DNA of 64,000 bases from Promethearchaeia archaeon. GTDB taxonomy: Archaea > Asgardarchaeota > Lokiarchaeia > Sigyniarchaeales > SOKP01. This document shows positions 10,014 through 19,690 of this stretch, piece after piece. Where the stretch lies: assembly GCA_029856145.1 (NCBI GenBank), contig JAHQWK010000029.1, positions 1 to 64,000 on the forward strand, given 5' to 3'. The notes under the pieces were generated by a model. It was not told where the DNA came from and made no database searches. It saw only the letters and a list, made by a program, of their open reading frames with translations. Both the position numbers and the translations under genes were made by a program. The stretch's first letter is position 1. Every line of letters starts with the position of its first letter.

Positions 10014-11207
10014 TTATAATTTTATAGGATATGTTCCGTATTTCTTTAATGTATTGTGCATTGCTAAATAATTTTCTAATTTAACTGAGGGATTTATGCT
10101 ATGCCCAGAGCTTAGGATAAATCCTCCTCCAGGAGCAAGCTTTTTCAGGAGATTTTTTGTATAATCTTCTATAAATTCTGGTTCTTTATCTGCGAGATCT
10201 TGCGGAGATACATTTCCAATAAAAGTAATCTTATTGCTGAATTTTTCATATAACTCAAAGATATTATATTTAGGATTTGCAGTCGTTGGCTCAATAGGAT
10301 GAATTGCATCAACTCCAACTTTAACAATATCGTCGAGTAATTCACTTATATCTCCACAGCTGTGTAGTATTACCTTTAAACCGCCTTTATGGGCAATTTT
10401 ACAACTTTCTTTTAACCAAGGCATCACATAAGTTCTATAATTCTTTGGACTCATTAAAAGCCCACTTTTATATCCATAATCATCCATTATGAGAATTGCT
10501 TCTGTTTCTCCCCAATCAATGAACATCTTTATTAAATTCACAAGAAATTTTCCATATTTATCAAATACATTCCTTATCTTTTTTGGATTAGTCAATAATT
10601 TGCTAAAAGTTGAAAAACCAAAAGCCTGCCATGAAGGTTCAAAAACACCCCATATTGCAGGAATAAGAGAGATTTTTCCTTGAGAATTATTATCTACTTT
10701 TTTCATTCCTTTAAAGTATTTTTCTCTACGTGGAGTTTCTGCCTCTAGGTTTAGTAAAGTTTCGAATTCATCAAAATTTTTAAAATAACCATCTCTGTAG
10801 TATGCTAAATCCATGCCATCGGAAGGATTCTTTCTTAAATCAAAAATTCTTCCATATTCATCAATAAAATGAGTTCTCTCACAACGAATAGGGAATAAAA
10901 TATAACCAGTAAATGTGATGATTGCAAGATCAATTCCAATTTTTTTGTATAAATTAATATATATATTTAGAGAATTATTTATGTATGATCTCGTTTCCAT
11001 AGCCTTAAGAATAGTTTTTGTTAAAATTTCAACATCTCCTTGACATAGATGGTATGTAGTATTGTAATTTTTAACTATCCCCTGAAATACATAATTTTCA
11101 TTAAAATATTGGCAAATTTTTAGATTATCAATAAATAATTCAAAAGAGGGAACTCTATCTGGTTCTTCCAAATTTAAAGCTGTTTGGACTCTTTCTTTAC
11201 TATCCAT
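10014..11207 (-). CDS. Uroporphyrinogen decarboxylase-like (URO-D/MtaA-CmuA) family protein
   Basis: SKERV..AL..EEPDRVP, DDYG, LHSCG, GNV, GGGFILSSGHSI. Confidence 0.88.
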   Translation of the reverse strand: MDSKERVQTALNLEEPDRVPSFELFIDNLKICQYFNENYVFQGIVKNYNTTYHLCQGDVEILTKTILKAMETRSYINNSLNIYINLYKKIGIDLAIITFTGYILFPIRCERTHFIDEYGRIFDLRKNPSDGMDLAYYRDGYFKNFDEFETLLNLEAETPRREKYFKGMKKVDNNSQGKISLIPAIWGVFEPSWQAFGFSTFSKLLTNPKKIRNVFDKYGKFLVNLIKMFIDWGETEAILIMDDYGYKSGLLMSPKNYRTYVMPWLKESCKIAHKGGLKVILHSCGDISELLDDIVKVGVDAIHPIEPTTANPKYNIFELYEKFSNKITFIGNVSPQDLADKEPEFIEDYTKNLLKKLAPGGGFILSSGHSINPSVKLENYLAMHNTLKKYGTYPIKL

Positions 11208-11237
11208 AAAATATCTTCCACGATTATTGTTTGAATT

Positions 11238-12443
11238 TCATTTGGTTAATATTTTCAATAATTGGATAAAAATAATAGGATTTTTTAAAGTAAATTTTAC
11301 TAAAAAAGGAATTACTAAAGGATTCTTAATTAATTTGAATATTAAAGATTTTGGGAAATCCATATCACCATACAACGATATTAAATTCTCAATTTTACTA
11401 GTTTTTATTATTTGAAGTATCTTTTCAAAATCATTGTCAGTAAATTTTTCTAAAAGTATTCGAATTAAATAATGGATTTTCAATTCTTTACCAATTGTAG
11501 ATTTACATGGAGTTTCATAGTATTTTTTAATAATACTCCGGGAAAATTTATTGTGCTTAAAACATTTTTTGACACAATTGGCAGCATATTTTGCCGCTGT
11601 TAAAAGCATTATAATACCCCCACCTGTAGTAGCTTTAACTTGACATGCAGAATCTCCTAGTAATAAAACATTTTCAAATGCTAGATTGTTCATTAAACCA
11701 TAAGGTATAAGTCCTCCTTGTTGATCAATTTTAGATCCCTTTTTTATATTAAGACTATTTAAAAAAACACGAAAATTTTTCGCTAAATTCTTAGAGCAAG
11801 CCATGCCAATTCGATAAATAAAATTTCCTTCTGGAACTATCCAACCAAATAATTCCTTCCATCGCTGATTGAAAAACATTAATGCTTCATTTTCATTAAA
11901 CTGATGTTTTATTCGAATTTGAACGGCATACAAATTCCGATTATGTATACCCAAAGTCTTAGCTACTGAGGATAAGGGACCATCGCATCCAATTAACATT
12001 CTAGATTTTATAATTCTCATTGATGTCTCAATAAATATAAACTTTTGATGATTTGATTTAATATATTTAAAAGATTTGAATTTTTCTCCTAAACTGTATT
12101 GTATATTTTTATTATCCTTCACTTTTTCAAAAAATAAACAGTCTAAAGCAATTCTATCTATAATATAAGGTCTTTCATCTCCAGATATTTTGATGAATTT
12201 TCCCGATGGTGCTACTATTTTAGCTATCTTTACACGATTTAAAATAATTTTACTTGGTAGGTCAATTATTTTCTTTAATTTTTGAGATATAATACCTGCA
12301 CATTGAAGGGGTAGACCAATTTTTTCATGTTCCTCAATAACAAGGATTTTTAAATTTGTTTTTGATAATAAATAACATAAATAATTGCCAGCAATACTTC
12401 CACCAATGATACAGACATCGAAAGTATCTAAATTTCTATCCAT
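11238..12443 (-). CDS. Geranylgeranyl reductase family flavoprotein
   Basis: DVCIIGGSIAG, PLQCAG, DR..LD, GCDG, WIVP, LLGDSACQVKATTGGGI; start moved to ATG 12443 (ORF track 12539). Confidence 0.88.
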   Translation of the reverse strand: MDRNLDTFDVCIIGGSIAGNYLCYLLSKTNLKILVIEEHEKIGLPLQCAGIISQKLKKIIDLPSKIILNRVKIAKIVAPSGKFIKISGDERPYIIDRIALDCLFFEKVKDNKNIQYSLGEKFKSFKYIKSNHQKFIFIETSMRIIKSRMLIGCDGPLSSVAKTLGIHNRNLYAVQIRIKHQFNENEALMFFNQRWKELFGWIVPEGNFIYRIGMACSKNLAKNFRVFLNSLNIKKGSKIDQQGGLIPYGLMNNLAFENVLLLGDSACQVKATTGGGIIMLLTAAKYAANCVKKCFKHNKFSRSIIKKYYETPCKSTIGKELKIHYLIRILLEKFTDNDFEKILQIIKTSKIENLISLYGDMDFPKSLIFKLIKNPLVIPFLVKFTLKNPIIFIQLLKILTK

Positions 12444-12655
12444 TATAAAATCTAATGATATCAATAAATTAGAAGTTTTTGGAAGGAATTTTAGATTCAA
12501 TTTAAATATTTCATCGAGCAAAAAGAACAGAAAACCCATTAAATAATTGATATCTATGAAAATTCAATTTTTTTTTATCACTTAGGTAAGTATTTAAATG
12601 GTGTTTCTATTTTTTTAACCATTAAAAATTAGATAAATTAATTAGGTGAAATTTA

Positions 12656-13120
12656 ATGGTAGATACGAGAAAACATAAAACTAAAATTATCTTATTGCTA
12701 ATTCTTATTATTGGTATCTACATGTTTTTTTCTGCCAATATGTTTAGTGTTTTTTTTTCTATAGATAGTATGATTACATCAGTAACAGAGCGTTTGATTT
12801 TTATAAATTATTTTAGTTCTGGAGTAGCTCAAATATTCTCTTTACTAATCGTTCCAGTAACAATAATAATATTATTAAATGTAAAGGAAATAGAACTAGA
12901 GAAAAGATATCTTATAAGCCGTATATTAGTAGCAATCTCAATACCAGTCACTCTAATCACTGCAGTCCTTTTTAATTTTTTATATTGGATTTTTGCAATT
13001 TTCTACTGGATTGAGCTCTTGGTATGGGGGCTGTTTATTTCATTTGCAGTAGTCTATATTGTTGAATTCCTACTAAGTTTAGCAGTTTTTCTATTAATGA
13101 GGGTAAAATCAGAAGAATAA
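12656..13120 (+). CDS. 4-TM membrane protein
   Basis: Four hydrophobic segments; GGTGA ribosome-binding site upstream. Confidence 0.7.
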   Translation: MVDTRKHKTKIILLLILIIGIYMFFSANMFSVFFSIDSMITSVTERLIFINYFSSGVAQIFSLLIVPVTIIILLNVKEIELEKRYLISRILVAISIPVTLITAVLFNFLYWIFAIFYWIELLVWGLFISFAVVYIVEFLLSLAVFLLMRVKSEE

Positions 13121-13217
13121 TAAATAAATTTTTTTTTTTTTATACAAAAATTTTTTAAAAGCAAAAATCTAATAATTTCAATTAATTGGAAGGTTATGAA
13201 AGGAAACTCATAGAACT

Positions 13218-14234
13218 TTATTTTAAATAAACCATTTCTTCTTTAGGTATTGAGCGAAAGCCTAAAGAAATCATCATTCCATAAACAATCCCTAATACTA
13301 TATTGATAAAAAGAGGATTACTATCAACAAGTAAGTCAGTTCTTGGTATTAATTCTGGTAGAATTCGTTCAAGGATATATTTTGTTTCTGGCGTCTCATT
13401 ATAATATTTTATAATTAATTCTTTAAATTTTCTCATAAATGATTCATGTTCTAAAATAATTTCACGCACGTTATTCTTGCCATTAACTATTCCAAAATGC
13501 CCAAAACCCGCCATTAAAGGGTCTAATTGCTTTAGGATTTCTAAAGTCTTCATATAATCTTTATGATTATAATAAATTGGCATGGATGTTGGCATGGTTA
13601 ATAATTTAGAGTTATGATATAGAGTACCAGCAGCTTCTCCTAAAAAAATAAAGTCTATCAGATTATTTTTTATCAAAATAGGAGTTTGGTGATCGGGAGT
13701 ATGTCCAGGTGTATTTAAAACTGCTAATTTTACTTCTGAACCATTAACATTAAAAATATCAATTACTTCGAGTTGATTAGGATTGAAATTTGTGCTTGGT
13801 TCAATAATCTTAAACGCCTTATCCTCAATAGATCTCATTTCACCCACGAAATTACCATATGTACTTCTTCCACGGTTTAAATGATGTTTATAATCGTTTA
13901 ATAATGTCTTGGTTAAAGCGTTTGTAAGAATTTTGACATCAGGGTTAAATCTTTTTATTTCTTTATATAATTTCCACATTCCACCGTTATGATCAAAATG
14001 ATGATGAGATGTTATCAGATATTTAAATGATGATAAAGGAATATGATTTTTTTTGAAATATCTTAGTCCTTTTTTAATATCCAAAGATGATCCACAATCA
14101 AACAGGATTGAAGACTCTTCGAATTCTCCTAAAAAAACAGACAACATTCTTGTAGAGCCATATGATCTCATGTCAATATGATGGAGGTATTCATTGACCT
14201 TCCCCGATTTAAGAGTAATAACCTCATTATCCAT
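13218..14234 (-). CDS. Metallo-beta-lactamase fold hydrolase
   Basis: SHHHFDHNGG, TPGHTPDH, GHFG; start moved to ATG 14234 (ORF track 14330). Confidence 0.88.
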   Translation of the reverse strand: MDNEVITLKSGKVNEYLHHIDMRSYGSTRMLSVFLGEFEESSILFDCGSSLDIKKGLRYFKKNHIPLSSFKYLITSHHHFDHNGGMWKLYKEIKRFNPDVKILTNALTKTLLNDYKHHLNRGRSTYGNFVGEMRSIEDKAFKIIEPSTNFNPNQLEVIDIFNVNGSEVKLAVLNTPGHTPDHQTPILIKNNLIDFIFLGEAAGTLYHNSKLLTMPTSMPIYYNHKDYMKTLEILKQLDPLMAGFGHFGIVNGKNNVREIILEHESFMRKFKELIIKYYNETPETKYILERILPELIPRTDLLVDSNPLFINIVLGIVYGMMISLGFRSIPKEEMVYLK

Positions 14235-14330
14235 AGAAAAGGTAATTAAAACAACAATAAGAAGTATTTTATTATAAAAAATCAGAATAGGATTACTAAG
14301 CTTTAAAAAAGTTAAAAAAAAATTATTCAC

Positions 14331-16532
14331 TTAGAGATCGAGTTTTTGTCTCCAAATCTTCATGGATAGTTTCAATTCTTCTCTTTCTGGGCGGCTTAAT
14401 ATTTCAGGATTAGGTTTAAGTTCTATACTCTTATTGTGAAGATTCTTTAATACGCTATTATAGCCCTCCAGCTTAACATAATCATTTTGAAATCTTTCTA
14501 GAGCTAATGAGATCTCTGTTCCAGTCATTTTTTCTAAATTATTTACAACCTCGTCAAACTGGTTTGATAAGATTACTGGTTTTGGAGCTTCAACTGCTTC
14601 TTTTTCTTCAGCTAATTCTTCCTCTGGAGGAATTGTAATCGCGGGAGTGGTAACAAAAGGCTCTTCTTTTAGAGGTTCTTCTCTTAAAGGCTCTTCTAAT
14701 ACAGGTGCTTTTATTGTCCGCATAACTTCCTTTCGAGCACCCACCCAAGCATCTTCAATTATCGGGACAAATATTTTGATATGTTCTTCAATTATACTCC
14801 CAATGCCTGCGATTTCAGTTACAGATTCTCCTCTAAATTCGGTTTTGGAAAGGACACACAATATTACTTCTTCGTAGTCTTTATTGATAGCCCAAAGATT
14901 CTGAAGGGCTCGATTTCTATAATCTACGTTATCCATTTTATCCATTTCTCTCATAATTGCTTCATGTTCGGGTATGGTTGGATCAATGTACGTAGCAATT
15001 CTGAAATTTATACGTGAGGGACGGGCTTTGATCGCCTCAATCTCAATATCGGAAAGATTAGGAGCAACAATCAAAACTCTCATCTTAGCTTTCGAAATCT
15101 CTTCATTAATATGGGCTTTAGCTGCTTCTGGAGAGCGAATAAACCAGATATCTTTCATAGTAATACCGCGTTTACCCTTAGCTTGCTCCCAAAATTCTCT
15201 AGTAGTAATTTCACTAACTTCTAACCGGTTCATAATATCCGATAATGTGTTATCTAATGTATCAACAATTCCCTTTCCAAAAATATCTTTTATATTCCCA
15301 AATGATTCAAAAATGCCTCCAGAAAGACCATCAATTCTTTCTTCTGCTAATTTTACGGCTTTATTGAAATTTTCTGAAAGCCCTGCAAATATTCTATCTT
15401 TATCTTCACCCGATTTTGAAGCAATTGAATCTATGTTTTTAACAGCATCCTGAAGTGAATCTTTTAATTTTGAAATAACCTCTGTATTCAACCCTTGAGT
15501 TACTTTTTTTAATTCATCTGCAAAGACAGTTTGACTTACACTTAATTGTACATTTAAATTATCAGTTATATCTTTTAAGCGAGAAGCAATAACTTTATCA
15601 ATAACATCTCCTACCGCTTGTTGAATTACTCCTAAACGTAGTTTTTGCAAATTGTCTGTAATCGTATTTTTGATATCACCAAACTGATTTCTAAGATCAT
15701 CAACTTGATTTTTAATTATTTGAGATGTTTTAACATTAAGATTTTCAAATTGATTTGATAAAGAACCCAGTTGATCATCAGTAAGAGTTTGTGAAATATC
15801 TCCAAGTTGAGATATGTCTTCTGAAATTGTTCTAATCTGATCAATTGCGGAAATTGTATCATTAAATTCTTTCTTTTGAGTTTGAATTTGAGAAAGCATT
15901 TTTTCTTTTAATCCAGTCATTGCTTCACTCGAATCTTTTAATCTTTCCATTCCTTCCGCTTCTGATTCAAGTTTAGTAAAAGATACGTCTAATTGTCTTG
16001 GGATTTTTGATTTAATATCTGAAATATACTTATAGAATTTTTGCAATTGTGCAACTAAAGCAGCATAAGGAGGTAAAGCTTGATAATGAGGTGTTGCTCC
16101 GACAATCTCTTTAAATAAGCCTTTTTCTACAAACTTTTCGGCGATTTTTTTTAAATCTTCTTTAGGTTTCCCGATTAAAATCGACATTTCACCAATAGAT
16201 ACTGCCTCTCTACCTGTAGTTCGAAAATAGAGATCAATTTCCTCATCTGTTAAATCAATTTCACTTAATACTTGTTTTGTCAACTCTTTCGAATAAGAGA
16301 CATCTTCGGTTTTTTCTATCATATCCTTTATTTCAAAATTCTCAACCTCTAAATATTGGTTTAAAAAGACAATTAATTTATGAGGCGGTTCCCCGTGAAC
16401 ATCTTCTTTTCTAATTGGAAACTTTTTGATTTCTTTATATTCATCAACTGAAATTGGAAATTTAATCTCTTTTAAACATATTTTACATGTAATTGGAACC
16501 TCAACTACATCATTATCTTTAAATAGATACAT
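14331..16532 (-). CDS. Multidomain TrmB-like regulator: CxxC...H...H domain, wHTH, long helical bundle, PLD-like effector domain, C-terminal helical domain
   Basis: CKIC...HGEPPH; LTDEEIDLY...SIGEMS...KFVEKGLF...YQALPP; long heptad-rich region; ISKAKMRVLIVAP...DYEEVIL. Confidence 0.6.
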   Translation of the reverse strand: MYLFKDNDVVEVPITCKICLKEIKFPISVDEYKEIKKFPIRKEDVHGEPPHKLIVFLNQYLEVENFEIKDMIEKTEDVSYSKELTKQVLSEIDLTDEEIDLYFRTTGREAVSIGEMSILIGKPKEDLKKIAEKFVEKGLFKEIVGATPHYQALPPYAALVAQLQKFYKYISDIKSKIPRQLDVSFTKLESEAEGMERLKDSSEAMTGLKEKMLSQIQTQKKEFNDTISAIDQIRTISEDISQLGDISQTLTDDQLGSLSNQFENLNVKTSQIIKNQVDDLRNQFGDIKNTITDNLQKLRLGVIQQAVGDVIDKVIASRLKDITDNLNVQLSVSQTVFADELKKVTQGLNTEVISKLKDSLQDAVKNIDSIASKSGEDKDRIFAGLSENFNKAVKLAEERIDGLSGGIFESFGNIKDIFGKGIVDTLDNTLSDIMNRLEVSEITTREFWEQAKGKRGITMKDIWFIRSPEAAKAHINEEISKAKMRVLIVAPNLSDIEIEAIKARPSRINFRIATYIDPTIPEHEAIMREMDKMDNVDYRNRALQNLWAINKDYEEVILCVLSKTEFRGESVTEIAGIGSIIEEHIKIFVPIIEDAWVGARKEVMRTIKAPVLEEPLREEPLKEEPFVTTPAITIPPEEELAEEKEAVEAPKPVILSNQFDEVVNNLEKMTGTEISLALERFQNDYVKLEGYNSVLKNLHNKSIELKPNPEILSRPEREELKLSMKIWRQKLDL

Positions 16533-16565
16533 TTTTTCTAATCATCTCTTTTTAGTTTTTAAACC

Positions 16566-17819
16566 TCAAAATTTTACTTTTTCAGGATATGTTATTTCTA
16601 ACAAGCTAAGAGCTTTCTTCGCAATTTCATAAGTTATTGCTCCATCAGAATCTTGATTCTTATAGGCTGCTCTAATTTTAGGAAGCATAAATTCAGGAAA
16701 TACTATCAAAGGTTTTATATCAGTTAATAGACATATCCATTTTCTGTCATTGTCATCTATAATCTCTGCAATAATATTAAGTTTCTTCAAATCATCTAAC
16801 AAAATCTCAGTTACAGCAAATTCAGAAAAGATTTTTGGAATTTTATCTAACGGATAATGATTATGCCTCATTAAAATAAAGAAATCATAGATATCGGGGG
16901 ATAGGAGGATTGATGCTAGCTTTTTGGTATCTTCAAGTGCTTCGGTATATGGATCATATTTTGCAAAGAAATCAACTACGTTTTGCTTATATGTTGGTAA
17001 TAATTCATTTTTAGTTTCTTTAAAATGGTTTAATAGATTTTCGTTAGGAATCCGAGCAATCATTATATCCTTAACAAGGAATAAATATTCGCCCTGGTGT
17101 GTAATTTCACCTGTCTTTCTATTTTTCTCTCCTTTTATCCAATCTCTGCGAATAATATTTAGTTCTAAAAACGGTTGAAGTAGAATATCAACATTTATAG
17201 TAGAAGTCATTTTTTCTAATATGCTTTTCATATCTTTTTTTGAAATAGGAGCCTCTCTTAAAATTTCTAAGATCTTTAAGCGTTCATTACTATTATAGAT
17301 CAAAGCTGCTTTCTGAAGTTTATCTAAATTAGATAACCTATCGACCTGGAAAATAGTGAATTTGACTTCATTTTTTAGTCTTATATTGATATTTTCAATT
17401 AAAGAGAGTTGTTTAGAATTTCTAGCCCGTGTTAATTTATCAAAGATAACATCTAATCGATTACCCATTTCTTTAATTAGATCATCAAAAATCTCAATTT
17501 CATCATCTAATTCGAATATGGAGATTGCTAGATACTGGGTTCCATCAGCAACTTGTTTGAAATATGATACTACTTGATAAGGAGTTTCTTTTAATCTTCC
17601 CTGATAAAAGTTACTATAACTATATTTGACTCCAAAAAGTCCTGTAGTATGCTGATAAAAAATCGCGAAAATATCATTTTGAACTAATAATTCTGAAAAA
17701 TCTTCTTCATCAAATTTATCTTCCCGGAATATTAATTGAATTGGTTCAAATTCAGGTTCTATTTCGCCCGTTTCTTTTTGATTAATTTTGAACTGAAATG
17801 TCAAAATACCTTGGATCAA
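16566..17819 (-). CDS. Longin/uDENN-like domain plus tandem wHTH protein (NPRL2-like architecture)
   Basis: N-terminal beta-beta-alpha-beta-beta-beta-alpha pattern; ERLKILEILREAPISKKDM...LLQPFLELNII and DFFILMR...LLDDLKKLNII HTHs; 33 bp upstream of the 733-aa gene. Confidence 0.5.
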   Translation of the reverse strand: MIQGILTFQFKINQKETGEIEPEFEPIQLIFREDKFDEEDFSELLVQNDIFAIFYQHTTGLFGVKYSYSNFYQGRLKETPYQVVSYFKQVADGTQYLAISIFELDDEIEIFDDLIKEMGNRLDVIFDKLTRARNSKQLSLIENINIRLKNEVKFTIFQVDRLSNLDKLQKAALIYNSNERLKILEILREAPISKKDMKSILEKMTSTINVDILLQPFLELNIIRRDWIKGEKNRKTGEITHQGEYLFLVKDIMIARIPNENLLNHFKETKNELLPTYKQNVVDFFAKYDPYTEALEDTKKLASILLSPDIYDFFILMRHNHYPLDKIPKIFSEFAVTEILLDDLKKLNIIAEIIDDNDRKWICLLTDIKPLIVFPEFMLPKIRAAYKNQDSDGAITYEIAKKALSLLEITYPEKVKF

Positions 17820-17973
17820 CTATATCACTTTAAAAAGTAGATAAATAAGTTTTTTAATTAAAATTATATAATTATTTCTTAAGTATTATTTATTATTATT
17901 ATTTAATTAAACTTTATTCAATTTGATTAATTATCTATATTAAGTATATCAAAACTGTTGGTGGTAAGTTTCT

Positions 17974-19671
17974 ATTAAAAAACTAAAAAAACTAAGACAA
18001 AAAAAATATTATTTTCTTTTATTTATATTAACTTGTTTGTTTTTAAGCGTTTTTATATCTAGCTTTAATTCAAGTAATCCATTTAAACAAGAATTAAGTC
18101 CTAAAAATATTCAAACCTCATCAGTGCAATCCTTCAGTAGACAATGGCTTGCTAATAGGGATTTTGAGGACATTTCTTCATGGATATCTATCAAGGATGG
18201 TGATATATCAGACGTTGATGCGTTTATAAGTCAAGGTTGGGGTAATTATCTAATCCATGGTGATTCAGATGAGATAAGAATTGATGAGCCTCTTAATAAT
18301 ATCAATTGGCAAGATTATAACAATCCAAAATTCCCAATATCTCCCGATACTAATGGTAGTTCTTCAGCAGGATTATATATTACTCATCAATGGGATGAAA
18401 GTGATGATCAAACTCGAAATACACCGAGTATTCATTGGAAAAGAACCATACGAATGGGTTTTAACATGTCAGATTATATTATTACGGATGCCTCTCTTGA
18501 TGTAATTTTTAATGCTACAGTCACTGCTGTAGGATCAAATCCATTACAACCACATATAGGTGGAATTGAACGTCCTGGTGATTATACAGAAGGTCAATTT
18601 CCAAATCCACCAAATAATGAAACACAGCTTGCTATAGGTGATTTTGCTACTTTTTATGTACTTATTTCTGATGTAGAAAATAATAATGTTTTTCAAATTG
18701 CAGTAAATAAAACAACTGATCTTGGACAAGATACTCCAGAAGTAACAAATTATACAGATACAGCTCTCGATGAGGTTCCAAAAAATATTTTAATTTCTTA
18801 TTTAAACTCAGTTTTGGAATATGATAACTTTAATTTTACAATTACTTTAGGCATAGATGTTTATTGCGAAGACAACGAATATAACGTGGATATAGACACT
18901 TGGGACATGTTAATCATGAGATCATTTAATTTAACCTTTACATATAAAAAGAAAATAGACCAATTTACATCAATTTCATGGCAACAAACAGGAGACCAAA
19001 TTACAGGAGAGACTATCCAAGTAACAGGTGCTCAGTTGAATTTTGACTTTAAAATTGATAATTCATGGCCCTCTAGCTTATCTCCTAATTCAGAAATTCG
19101 TGTGTTAATAAATAACAAACAAATAATCGAAACTATAAAATTAAGTAGAGCCACAGATTCTAGTCAAGAAGCTTACCCAGGTCGAATTGATGTAACATCA
19201 TTTATATCCAAAGATATAGATATTACTCTTTCGATTCAAGTCTACTTAGCAGATGAGTTTGGGTTATCTAAGAATATTACAATTTCTATTGATAACGTTT
19301 ATTTTCGAATTTATTGGAATTTATATACAGATGATATATTTTCAGAGCCACTTTTTTTCCGGGTGTTACTTATCGCTGCCAGTATTGCGGGTTTAAGCAT
19401 CGGAGGATATCTGGTTGCATATCAGAGAGTTTTAAAATATTCAAAACCAGTAAGAAAAGTAAGAAAATATAGAAGAACTTTAGTAAGGAAGAAAGATCCA
19501 TTAGTAAATATTATAAATAGAAAAGATGCTTTTAAGAAAAAGTATAAAAAAGAACTACATAAAACATCTTCCTTTTTAAGAGGAAAACCAACAGAAGAAA
19601 CTAAAACATTAGTTCAACCAAAACAACCAATAGAAACAAAAAAATTACCTGAAGGTAATAAAAATTTATAG
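17974..19671 (+). CDS. Secreted, C-terminally anchored surface glycoprotein, paralog 1
   Basis: Beta-rich N/D/T/S ectodomain with many NxS/T sequons, TM then basic tail; basic n-region lies upstream of the TTG at 18037, suggesting an ATT start at 17974. Confidence 0.75.
   Translation: MKKLKKLRQKKYYFLLFILTCLFLSVFISSFNSSNPFKQELSPKNIQTSSVQSFSRQWLANRDFEDISSWISIKDGDISDVDAFISQGWGNYLIHGDSDEIRIDEPLNNINWQDYNNPKFPISPDTNGSSSAGLYITHQWDESDDQTRNTPSIHWKRTIRMGFNMSDYIITDASLDVIFNATVTAVGSNPLQPHIGGIERPGDYTEGQFPNPPNNETQLAIGDFATFYVLISDVENNNVFQIAVNKTTDLGQDTPEVTNYTDTALDEVPKNILISYLNSVLEYDNFNFTITLGIDVYCEDNEYNVDIDTWDMLIMRSFNLTFTYKKKIDQFTSISWQQTGDQITGETIQVTGAQLNFDFKIDNSWPSSLSPNSEIRVLINNKQIIETIKLSRATDSSQEAYPGRIDVTSFISKDIDITLSIQVYLADEFGLSKNITISIDNVYFRIYWNLYTDDIFSEPLFFRVLLIAASIAGLSIGGYLVAYQRVLKYSKPVRKVRKYRRTLVRKKDPLVNIINRKDAFKKKYKKELHKTSSFLRGKPTEETKTLVQPKQPIETKKLPEGNKNL
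18484..18521 (+). repeat. 38-bp exact direct repeat shared with 20210-20247
   Basis: ACGGATGCCTCTCTTGATGTAATTTTTAATGCTACAGT occurs in both paralogs. Confidence 0.9.
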
Positions 19672-19690
19672 AAAATAGTGGAGGTAAAAT

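Noticed and set aside
14655-14700. Short repeat encoding EEPLREEPLKEEP
   Set aside because: Ordinary low-complexity linker
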